A stretch of DNA of 61,949 nt, counting the filler. It is 8 parts of 8 records of this genome, joined end to end, with 100 filler letters (N's around TTAATTAATTAA, not from the genome) between each part and the next. Parts side by side here need not be neighbours in the genome. Positions count along the whole stretch, not along the records: positions 41,724 to 50,280 come from SRR31156797_39597; positions 50,381 to 55,745 come from SRR31156797_39645; positions 55,846 to 61,949 come from SRR31156797_39651; 5 more parts are not named here. One strand, written 5' to 3'. This document shows positions 47,671 through 56,189 of the stretch, piece by piece (positions within the stretch are counted from its first letter, which is position 1; every line of letters begins with the position of its first letter). Both the position numbers and the translations under genes were made by a program. The notes under the pieces were generated by a model, which made no database searches, was not told the DNA's origin, and saw nothing but the letters and a program-made list of their open reading frames with translations.

Positions 47671-49173
47671 ATGAATGAATTAGAAATGCCTCCACAATAT
47701 CTAGCTGCGATAGACCTTGGCTCCAATAGTTTTCACATGGTCGTTGCCCGTATTGAAAACGGTCATGTCCATATCCTTGATAACCTAAAGGAAATGGTGC
47801 GCTTAGGAGGCGGCCTGGATAAAAAGGGCGGGTTGTCTGAAGAAGCGCGCATACGAGCTCTTTCCTGCCTTGATCGTTTTGCAGAACGTGTGCAAAAATT
47901 ACCTCAGGGCAGCGTTGCTGCAGTAGGAACAAATACCCTGCGTCGAGCGGTCAATTCTCGTCAGTTTTTGGAAAGCGCCAGTGAGGTTCTTGGGCATCCG
48001 ATCTCAATCATTGGAGGAAAGGAGGAGGCTCGTCTGGTCTATCTGGGAGTTTCCCATTCCCTTGTTGCTCAAGAGGGGAAGCGATTTGTGATGGATATTG
48101 GCGGTGGAAGCACAGAGTTGATTATCGGTGAGGGATTTGAACCTCTTCATCTACGAAGTCTTGAAATGGGTTGTGTGAGCCTGAGCCAATCTTGTTTTAA
48201 TAAAGGGAATCTTTGCAAAAAGAATTGGGAGAAGGCTCGCATTGCTGCCCACCTGGAACTCCGTCCGGTGCGACGCGATTATCGAAATGTCGGCTGGGCC
48301 TCTGCTACAGGGGCATCTGGAACGATTAAAGCCTCAGGAAACATCGTGAAAGCACTTGGACTGGAAAGCTATCATATAACTCTTGAGAGTTTATACGAAA
48401 TACGTGATAAAATGATAGCTGCGGGACATGTTAACAACCTTCGGCTTCCCGGTTTGGATAGTGATCGGCAACCTGTTTTTGCAGGAGGACTGACTATCCT
48501 CATCGCCACCTTTGAAGCGCTTAAAATTGAAACCATGCAGGTATCTGACGGAGCTTTGCGCGAAGGGCTTCTGTACGAGCGCTTGGGAAGGATTCAGTGT
48601 GAAGACACACGGTTAAAAACCATTACCAGTGTGCAGCAACGATTTAAGGTCAGTCAGAGACATGCGCGAAGGGTGAGTTTAGCTGCGCATCGTCTTTTTA
48701 CAGCCTGCGAAAAAACCTGGCATCTGGCGTTGGTAGACGCTGAACGACTTCATTGGGCAAGCAGCCTCCATGAGATTGGCCTTGCGGTTTCATCTGGTGG
48801 GTATCAGAAACATGGCGCGTACCTTTTGGCCAACGCAGATCTTCCTGGATTTTCCATAGAGGAGCATGACTGGATGAGTGTTCTCGTACGTAGCCAGCGT
48901 AAAAAAATATCCAAAAAGTACTTTAAAAGTTTACCGAAAAAAGATCGAAAGACTGCGTTGAGGCTTGCAATTATACTTCGTCTCGCTACCCTTATTCATC
49001 GTTCCCGTAAAGATGAGACGGCAGTTATTGAGCAGGTGATTGCTGATGAAAACACTTTGACCCTGCGATTTGCACAGCATGATTTGATAAACCATCCTTT
49101 GCAAAGAGTTAGCTTGGAGCTGGAAGCAGAATATTTAAAAAATGTGGGATTTAATCTTGAGGTTGTCTCATGA
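47671..49173 (+). CDS. ppx: Exopolyphosphatase Ppx/GppA
   Basis: AAIDLGSNSFHM, GTNTLR, EEARL, DIGGGSTE, ALREG and LHEIG. Confidence 0.93.
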   Translation: MNELEMPPQYLAAIDLGSNSFHMVVARIENGHVHILDNLKEMVRLGGGLDKKGGLSEEARIRALSCLDRFAERVQKLPQGSVAAVGTNTLRRAVNSRQFLESASEVLGHPISIIGGKEEARLVYLGVSHSLVAQEGKRFVMDIGGGSTELIIGEGFEPLHLRSLEMGCVSLSQSCFNKGNLCKKNWEKARIAAHLELRPVRRDYRNVGWASATGASGTIKASGNIVKALGLESYHITLESLYEIRDKMIAAGHVNNLRLPGLDSDRQPVFAGGLTILIATFEALKIETMQVSDGALREGLLYERLGRIQCEDTRLKTITSVQQRFKVSQRHARRVSLAAHRLFTACEKTWHLALVDAERLHWASSLHEIGLAVSSGGYQKHGAYLLANADLPGFSIEEHDWMSVLVRSQRKKISKKYFKSLPKKDRKTALRLAIILRLATLIHRSRKDETAVIEQVIADENTLTLRFAQHDLINHPLQRVSLELEAEYLKNVGFNLEVVS

Positions 49174-49368
49174 TAGTTTTGCACCTCAAGCGGGTCATCA
49201 CTTTTACTTACAATTATAAAACGTTCATTTTTAAACAATGTTATATCAAATCTTAACTTTCAAGCATAATTGGTCTATTTAACCTTTCTACTTTATCTCG
49301 GGAGTCTCGCGATTTCTATAACCTAACAACATAATCACATTCTACGATCAAAGATTGTCCATGATCAC

Positions 49369-50280
49369 CTACAGGTACATTGCGGGTAGTTGGATAATAT
49401 TGTCGGCCAGAAATTCAATTTTATCCGAATTGTTCACCAGTATTCCAAAATTTGAGTCTGTTTCCTTAAGGAAGGTTTTTAACGGCCCAAGCATGCGCTG
49501 GGTTATTCTAGTGCCGAGTTTGATCTCGATGGGAATAAATCCAAAAGATCCGTCAACAATCAAAGCAATTTCCGACTTGTCCTTTGTTCTGTAAAAATTG
49601 AAATCCATTCCAGGCTGTAATGTACACTGGAAACCTCGTATTATTTCTTCAATAACAAAGGACTCGAAAGAAGAACCGGCTGCTGGATGAAGAAGTAGAC
49701 GATCAACCTCGTCCACTTTGAGCAGATGATGGAGAATGCCTTGGTCCCGGAAAAATCCTTTGGGCATTTTTTGGACTTTTTTGAGGGTGTTTTTTTCAAA
49801 ACTTCGCAGGTTTCTCCAGATAAAAGTATTATGAAGGATTTCAAGGTATTCTTTAGCTGTTACGGAGCTGACCTCCAGTGCCCTCGCAATGGCTGACTGG
49901 TTAATAATTGTGCCGGAATGATAAGAAAGGCTCTGAATAAACAGCCTGAAATTATGGGTGTTCAGACGTGGGAAAAGGCGCTGAATGTCTCTCCTGATAT
50001 AGTCTGCAAAATATTAATTCATCCATAAGCCATGGAAAATCGGAGTTGTCTTTTTTTTGATTCTTGGTTCGGGGTACCCTCCGAGCAGCCAATGGTCGTA
50101 AACTTGGTTCACATTGATTGGTGATTCCAGGTCTGCAAGATCATCCAGAGAGGTTGAGGAGTCAATTAAGAGATTATAAATGGACGGGAAAGGGCATTCA
50201 TAAAATTCCGTCATCTTAAAAGGCCAGAGTTCAATAGTTGCAATCCTTCCAGCCAGGCTTTCAGAGAGGCCTTTTACGAT
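49369..50280 (-). pseudogene. AAA_14/DUF4143-type ATPase with one in-frame TAA; 5'-truncated
   Basis: SESLAGR, GGYPE, PKGFFRDQG, FYRTKD..E and PIEIK all lie in one frame, interrupted only by TAA at 50014-50016. Confidence 0.8.
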
Positions 50281-50380
50281 NNNNNNNNNNNNNNNNNNNN
50301 NNNNNNNNNNNNNNNNNNNNNNNNTTAATTAATTAANNNNNNNNNNNNNNNNNNNNNNNNNNNNNNNNNNNNNNNNNNNN
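50281..50380. other. Artificial contig linker
   Basis: N44-TTAATTAATTAA-N44. Confidence 0.98.
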
Positions 50381-50410
50381 TGGGCTTCCTGATATTCCGA
50401 GTATTTTCAT
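50381..50410 (-). CDS. N-terminus of a flavodoxin-fold (iron-sulfur flavoprotein/FMN reductase) protein
   Basis: AGGAG RBS then MKILGISGSP, running off the contig. Confidence 0.75.
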
Positions 50411-50577
50411 CTTTTAGACTCCTTTGTTATGAATTATTTTACCGATGCATAAAATGCAACAATGCATCGAATTAGCTATATAATAATTAATTTAAACATT
50501 AAAAAAGATTCAGGGCACTGTTCAGTAGTTAGTATAGTACAGTGACCTTAAAAGTTATGGCATGGGAAAATTGGAAA

Positions 50578-51330
50578 TCAGTTTTCCCCTGGAGTGAGAG
50601 ATGAATAAATATCGCCGATGCCTTCCATCACCTTGAATCCTTTACTGGTGATCATATAATCACCCCTTTCATGCTGCTGGAGGATCATACCACTATCAGT
50701 TAGTTTCTGAAGATGGAACAAAAGGTTCCCTCCACGAAGGTCTGTAAGTTTGGAAAGAGCAGAGAAACTCATCGTTTGACCAGAAATAGCTTTTAAGATC
50801 TCGAAACGTTTTGCATGACATAAGGATTCTAGCACGTCATCGACCACATCTTCTGTTGGAATCTGCGATATGCTCTGCTTCTTATCCTTTCTTACTTCGT
50901 AGATTCTCATGGACTTCATGAGATTGACCTGTTTTTCAAAAAGGTCGCCTGTCTCGGCGAGACAGATGTCACATTTTTCATATGGCAGGATTTCTCTCAT
51001 GTATTTAATTTCCGCACGGTTGTTATCAATAGTTTCACTGTCAACCGAATCCTGCTTGATAAGAGCTGCATTCTTCTGTAACATACCTGTAAAGTGCGGT
51101 CTGCATACATCAAGCCTTTCACATTTTTTGACCATATTCTTTGCAAGGCCTGCTTTTATATCGTTAGTGAGGTGTTTTTCCAGGACATTGGAATAGTCAT
51201 TTCGGACAAAAGCCAGAATGGTTTCGAGGTGTTCCCTGTTGGAATCTTCAATGAATGCCTTCATATCATTCTGTATCTCATCGAGTTTTTCCTTGATATC
51301 ATTTAATTCGGAATCTGATTTTTTGCTCAT
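50578..51330 (-). CDS. ArsR-type winged-helix regulator with Cys-containing N-terminal domain
   Basis: C-terminal RFEILK...SFSALSKLTDLRGGNLLFHLQKL...GDYMIT; CERLDVC and CDIC upstream. Confidence 0.82.
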   Translation of the reverse strand: MSKKSDSELNDIKEKLDEIQNDMKAFIEDSNREHLETILAFVRNDYSNVLEKHLTNDIKAGLAKNMVKKCERLDVCRPHFTGMLQKNAALIKQDSVDSETIDNNRAEIKYMREILPYEKCDICLAETGDLFEKQVNLMKSMRIYEVRKDKKQSISQIPTEDVVDDVLESLCHAKRFEILKAISGQTMSFSALSKLTDLRGGNLLFHLQKLTDSGMILQQHERGDYMITSKGFKVMEGIGDIYSSLTPGEN

Positions 51331-51472
51331 AATAGTGATTTAGGCGCATCGTTAATAAGAGTTTTCAGTGAAACTTTAAGAGTTATTAAAGTTACCTGAA
51401 TGTACTAAGTACAGTACAGTGCCGATTAAGTATATATGAATAACTTGCATATAGCATGTTGAGGTAAAATAT

Positions 51473-51625
51473 ATGCCAACGTGGAAATATACAGATAAAA
51501 CAGTTACTAGAGAAGAGCTTGAAAAGTCATTAGAAAGTGTGAAAGGTGCATGCTTTGCATGTGAGACACATAGCGATGATTGCCCCATTGCAAAACTTGG
51601 TGGAGAGATTGCATCACTTATGTAA
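51473..51625 (+). CDS. 50-aa Cys/His small protein (absent from the ORF track)
   Basis: TATA box, GAGGT RBS, MPTWKYTDKTVTREELEKSLESVKGACFACETHSDDCPIAKLGGEIASLM*, and a T-rich terminator downstream. Confidence 0.8.
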   Translation: MPTWKYTDKTVTREELEKSLESVKGACFACETHSDDCPIAKLGGEIASLM

Positions 51626-51738
51626 ACAGAAAAATGTGTGGATGTAATTGCTGAAAGGATAAGGTTCTGAAACCTTTTCCTTTTTCCCCTCTCTTCTGAA
51701 AACTATCTAAATTATGAGATTGAAGTTAGCAAGCTCTA

Positions 51739-52014
51739 TTGGAGGAATTTTTGAAAGGTACCGAATGGAAAACATGGATCGAAGCATTTCGACTATTTTT
51801 TAATGGAGAAACTCTGCGCTCCTGTATTCCAGTAGCACTTGTTGTCGGATTACTATTGTCAACCATCAATCAAGGTGATGTCATATTAAGTGGAGCCATA
51901 ACCACTATAATCTGGCTAAAAGTCGGGATGAACTTTGTTATACCATTCTGTGTTTCCAGCTATGGATATATTAGAGCGTGTCGAGTAGAAACCCCAATAA
52001 GTAGCATCAATTAA
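51739..52014 (+). CDS. NrtS-like small membrane protein
   Basis: ALVVG.LL..INQGD...K...F.IPFCVSSYG pattern; the start codon is uncertain. Confidence 0.65.
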   Translation: MEEFLKGTEWKTWIEAFRLFFNGETLRSCIPVALVVGLLLSTINQGDVILSGAITTIIWLKVGMNFVIPFCVSSYGYIRACRVETPISSIN

Positions 52015-52030
52015 TAAAAGTGGTCTAATA

Positions 52031-52888
52031 ATGCCTGTTCTGAGTATAGTTGCATGTGAAATGCTTGAAGATGAACTTGTACATGTTCTCTCAATTGATA
52101 ATGACATCAAACAATTGTATTTAGTTGAAAACAACAACAGTTCCAGCTTGACGAAGAAACTGAAGTCCAGAGGCATGCACCCTTTGATATTTCCTTTTGA
52201 CAGGCTATCTGCTATTGTTGCGGAAAACAATCACAGCACATTTTCCGAACTTATTTTACGTATTTCAAAGTTTTCTTTCTTCAAAAAGATACACAATGCT
52301 CTTAAAGCAGGAAAATGTGAGCAGCTCATTATTGTAGTGAATCTCCTTCCAAAACACCTGCATACTGATACGGAGCACCTGCATGCTGAAGTATACCGCA
52401 ATGCCAGAGATATGGCAAAATTTTCGGACGGGATCCTGCTTTTCTACGGAAAATGTGCTCACAGTAATGAATCCAGGACCAGTTTAAAGTCACTTGATTG
52501 TCCTGTCTATTTCCTGAAAGACAATAACAGTGAGTTTGTGGAGGATTGCATCAGTACCGCACTTGGTGGTAACGATGAATACACAAAAGCCGATAAACTG
52601 GGAAAAGGCAAAGGTATCTTCTACGTAACCCCGATGTGGATTAATTACATGAACGAGGAGATAAAGCCAGATAGGTCATCCAATGATTACAAATATCTTA
52701 ATGATCCAAATTACAGCCTGCTCTTTAAGGTAAACAGACCGGATTCCGACAATGCCGACTTTTCCAGAAACGCATCGGAGTTCGCAAAAACCTTTGACAT
52801 GGATATCATCAATATTAACGGCACTATGAAAATAGCAACTGATTCCTATATGAATGCGAAACTTGCGGTATGTAAAGACTCAGATTGA
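52031..52888 (+). CDS. DUF1638-domain protein
   Basis: IVAC..LEDEL, LH, ILLFYGKC and DCI...GG motifs. Confidence 0.75.
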   Translation: MPVLSIVACEMLEDELVHVLSIDNDIKQLYLVENNNSSSLTKKLKSRGMHPLIFPFDRLSAIVAENNHSTFSELILRISKFSFFKKIHNALKAGKCEQLIIVVNLLPKHLHTDTEHLHAEVYRNARDMAKFSDGILLFYGKCAHSNESRTSLKSLDCPVYFLKDNNSEFVEDCISTALGGNDEYTKADKLGKGKGIFYVTPMWINYMNEEIKPDRSSNDYKYLNDPNYSLLFKVNRPDSDNADFSRNASEFAKTFDMDIININGTMKIATDSYMNAKLAVCKDSD

Positions 52889-52983
52889 TATTGTTTTTAA
52901 CATAGTTTGATTTACCTAAGTGCACAAGTATAGTGTAGATTAAGTATACACTAAATATCTACCTACCTTAAGGCAGGCAATAG

Positions 52984-53463
52984 TTATATTGTCCTGCAAA
53001 CACAGTATTTGCACAGGGACATTTCCTCTAATATACGCTCACTCTTTGCAGGGCAGTAATAAACGCCATCATTTTCAAAAATCGTCTGATTTTCATTCAT
53101 GTACATTCCTGGTGGATGGAGTGGTTCTTTCACTATAAAAGTCAGATATGTGGAAATAATACGAGTATATTCCTTCAAATCACTTTGATCGGGAGCATAC
53201 TCATCCATATACTTGTTAATCCTGAAACTAAAATCTTCAAGATTTCCGATGTCAATCTCCTCTGATATTTCTGAACAATCTCTTTCTTTTAGCTCAGAAA
53301 ATTTCTTACGGTTATATCTTGCAAGATATTCAATATTGTACTGAAGACTCCCACGAGGAGCCTGAATATCTCCTGTTTCTTTTTCATTCATGCTTGCTAA
53401 ATACCCAGAAGAAAGATTGGAAGCTTCTTTTTGCAATAAAAATAATAGTTCACATGAATTCGT
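52984..53463 (-). CDS. DUF2115 (UPF0305) protein; ACG at the expected start position
   Basis: YLTFIVKEPLHPPG...YYCPAK...LCKYCVC; GAGGAGGG-N7-ACG. Confidence 0.75.
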   Translation of the reverse strand, partial: TNSCELLFLLQKEASNLSSGYLASMNEKETGDIQAPRGSLQYNIEYLARYNRKKFSELKERDCSEISEEIDIGNLEDFSFRINKYMDEYAPDQSDLKEYTRIISTYLTFIVKEPLHPPGMYMNENQTIFENDGVYYCPAKSERILEEMSLCKYCVCRTI

Positions 53464-53635
53464 ATGAAATCCCTCCTCATTTTTATATGTAACATCTTTC
53501 AAGCTATAGTTTCGTTTAGTTTGTTCTTTAAATTGTCCGTTGTGTCTGTCTCTTCCTGTCTCTTGTCTGTCGGCTGCATTTGTCTCCTGAATTCCAATGC
53601 AAAGAGACAAAAAAGATACCTAAACGACACCAAAA

Positions 53636-54205
53636 TTAACTATTAGCAAGAAGTTTCTCCCACTTATCCAAACGCTCCCTTACATGAGCATTAAGTGTAA
53701 AAGGCTTATCTGCCTTCGCATTTTGTTTCATATAATGCAATGTACCCTTAGAATATCCTAGCTTTTTCCAATCAGTATATGAAATGCTTAGTATTTTCTG
53801 TCTTATGTCGCTTGTGTCTTGTCTTTTTGTCACATACAAGGGATTAACAAAATCAATCTCCTGTCTCTTACCAACCAAATACTGGGCTAATTCCCTAGCT
53901 TTCAAGAACATTACATAACTCCACATTGACATCTTGCTTTGGTAGCTAACTCGTGCGTTAAAGCACGAGTTGATGGCTTCCGTTAGTTTCTGAGCGCCAC
54001 TGGGCCTAAGCCTGAGAGAATAACTTTCAGTTCTAATGAAATCCTTCTTATCTATTCCATTAGTTTCTATGAGATTGATAACAGCTAAATCAACAAGGAA
54101 TCTGAAAGGTTCTTGGAGATCATAAACAAGACTATGTTTACTTGGATTCATTTCATGCAAAAAACCTACGTGAACATCCATACCAACGACATTAGTGGTT
54201 CGCAT
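53636..54205 (-). pseudogene. cas1: C-terminal half of a casposase (casposon Cas1 with C-terminal HTH)
   Basis: GFLHE...SLVYDLQEPFR catalytic region and ISYTDWKKLGYSKGTLHYMK HTH tail. The N-terminal half is absent, and there is no CRISPR array or cas2. Confidence 0.82.
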
Positions 54206-54653
54206 AATCAATTATTTTCCCATTCAATTGCCTGCAAATTGCACGTTCCAATTGTTTTGGTTCATCTGTACCTATTCTGTATACTTTACCATTTGTCATC
54301 TTGATCTCAACTGCATCTAAACCAGAAACATTAAAGATCACCATTTTAGGCCATAGCCATAATCGAATTCCCCATCCATAATACCAATGATTTTTTACAG
54401 TGCTTGCTGAAACGATTTCATTAAGCGAAAATTTTTTCCAGAATATTCCATAACCAAATTTTATTCTGACGTAACTTTCATCAACCGTGACTTTAAGGGT
54501 TGTAAAAGAAATTAAAATAAACATAACAAGCAGCGTAATGGCAAAAATATTAGGTGCAAAATCTGCTATCGATAAAATATATCCAAAAAAGAAAAAAAGT
54601 GCAATTAAGATGAATATTATAAAATAACCTGTTTGAGTATGTTTGTAATTCAT
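54192..54653 (-). CDS. Small membrane protein with two TM helices and a PH-like domain
   Basis: YKHTQ, two hydrophobic segments, WYYGWGIR and RIGTDEP. Confidence 0.7.
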   Translation of the reverse strand: MNYKHTQTGYFIIFILIALFFFFGYILSIADFAPNIFAITLLVMFILISFTTLKVTVDESYVRIKFGYGIFWKKFSLNEIVSASTVKNHWYYGWGIRLWLWPKMVIFNVSGLDAVEIKMTNGKVYRIGTDEPKQLERAICRQLNGKIIDYANH

Positions 54654-54793
54654 ATCGTAAGTTAAGTACATCAAATTAAAAGCTTTATTCGTATGTCTTA
54701 TCCTGTCATCAAGAACCTACTTAAGTATAGGCAGTCTAAGCGTTAAGTGGTAAATAAGAAATATCAACAATTAGTCATCAAGAGACCAAAGAT

Positions 54794-55745
54794 TCACTTC
54801 ATCAAGCTGTGGATTGGACCTGACAACACTAATTTTAGGTCGGCAGGAGTAGTCCTGTGTAACTGTAGATTGCTACAGTTATTAAACTGCATGAAGGATG
54901 CAAGTTCTTTATGCAAGGCAAGAGAAAAAGCATCGGTTTTCTTAAGCCAGGGTTCCAGTGCAAGATGATTAATATGCAACAATGATTCTTTCCTATCGGC
55001 TTTGCAGTCCATTCGTGCAACCAGCTTTCCATCCCATAAAATTGGTAAAGAGAAATATCCGTATTGACGCTTTGCTTTTGGGACATAACATTCGACCTGA
55101 TAATCAAAGTCGAACAGTCTCTGCATGCGCTTGCGTTGTATGAGCAGATTATCAAACGGGGACAGAATTTTCAGTTTGCTGCGAGCCAGTGATTTACTCA
55201 GCAGATCCAATGAAGCTGGTAACGCATAATAGTTAGTGCCACCAACACTGACCTGAAGCAATTCTTCATTTGAAACCATTTCCTGCAAGGTAGCCGAAAC
55301 AAGCGCTTTAGTGTTTTTCAGTTGATAGGTTATTTCAGCAGACTGTCCAAGTCCGTTTGCTTGCAGATATCGGTTTATCAGAAAACGGACATATTCCTCC
55401 GGACTGGGCATGGAAGTATCTGTATCTTCAGGAAGTACTCGTTCGGTGAGATCATAAACCTTGTGAAAATTAACCCGGGAAGAAACCATGAGATCACCCT
55501 GCATAAACAGATATTCTAAGGAAAGTTTAGCGGGTTTGATTGCCCATTCACCACGTTTTTCACCGGAATCCTCAAAGTCTTTAGCCATCAGTGGACCTTC
55601 ATCGGCAATGCGCTTGAGTACAGATCTCATCAATTTCTCATCGCGTTCATACCAGTGGTCCAGATCCCCGTTTGCTATGGAATGTTTACGAGGTAAACTG
55701 TACCGATAGTCACTCATGGGCAGGTAAGCAGCAGCATGAGACCAG
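54794..55745 (-). CDS. YcaQ/AlkZ-like (HTH_42) crosslink-repair DNA glycosylase; 5'-truncated
   Basis: WSHAAAYLP, KVYDLTER, LSPFDNL and ECYVPKAKRQYGYF. Confidence 0.85.
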
Positions 55746-55845
55746 NNNNNNNNNNNNNNNNNNNNNNNNNNNNNNNNNNNNNNNNNNNNTTAATTAATTA
55801 ANNNNNNNNNNNNNNNNNNNNNNNNNNNNNNNNNNNNNNNNNNNN
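55746..55845. other. Artificial contig linker
   Basis: N44-TTAATTAATTAA-N44. Confidence 0.98.
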
Positions 55846-55952
55846 AGCTGATCGACCGGAAGATCCCCCTCAGCCAGGTCGCCGATGCCGTCGCCGACCT
55901 TTTGAAACCCGGCGCCGTAAAGGGGAAGATCCTTTTCGATTGTGAGAGCTGA
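55846..55952 (+). CDS. C-terminal end of a probable Zn-dependent sugar-alcohol dehydrogenase
   Basis: LIDRKIPLSQVADAVADL...GKILF* resembles an MDR C-terminus; lies upstream of the gatZ-like gene. Confidence 0.5.
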
Positions 55953-56189
55953 GTGTTAAGATTACAGGCGCCCGGGCGGGCTGTCCGCCCATAGCGTCGC
56001 TTCCGCCCCTTTCCCCGGCTGTCTGCCGGCCTTGTCGGGGCGTTCGGTCGGGATCGTTCCTCGCTTCGCTGCGGTACGGCCCTGGCTTCGCTTCCATCCC
56101 TGGCGCGGTTCAGGGGGGAGGGCCGTAGGCCCTGTCCGAAAAATCATCAAGGCTCCGATGGAGCTCTGATAGTACTTAAGGAGTTGACA

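Noticed and set aside
51376-51588. 70-aa minus-strand ORF
   Set aside because: It is antisense to the better-supported 50-aa gene, which has a TATA box and RBS.
53636-54211. A CRISPR-Cas locus
   Set aside because: No repeat-spacer array, cas2 or effector genes, and the HTH tail indicates a casposase.
8790-55845. Recurrent TTAATTAATTAA as a biological repeat or CRISPR-like array
   Set aside because: It is always centred in a 100-nt N spacer, so it is an assembly linker. ORFs running into the Ns are truncated, not fused.
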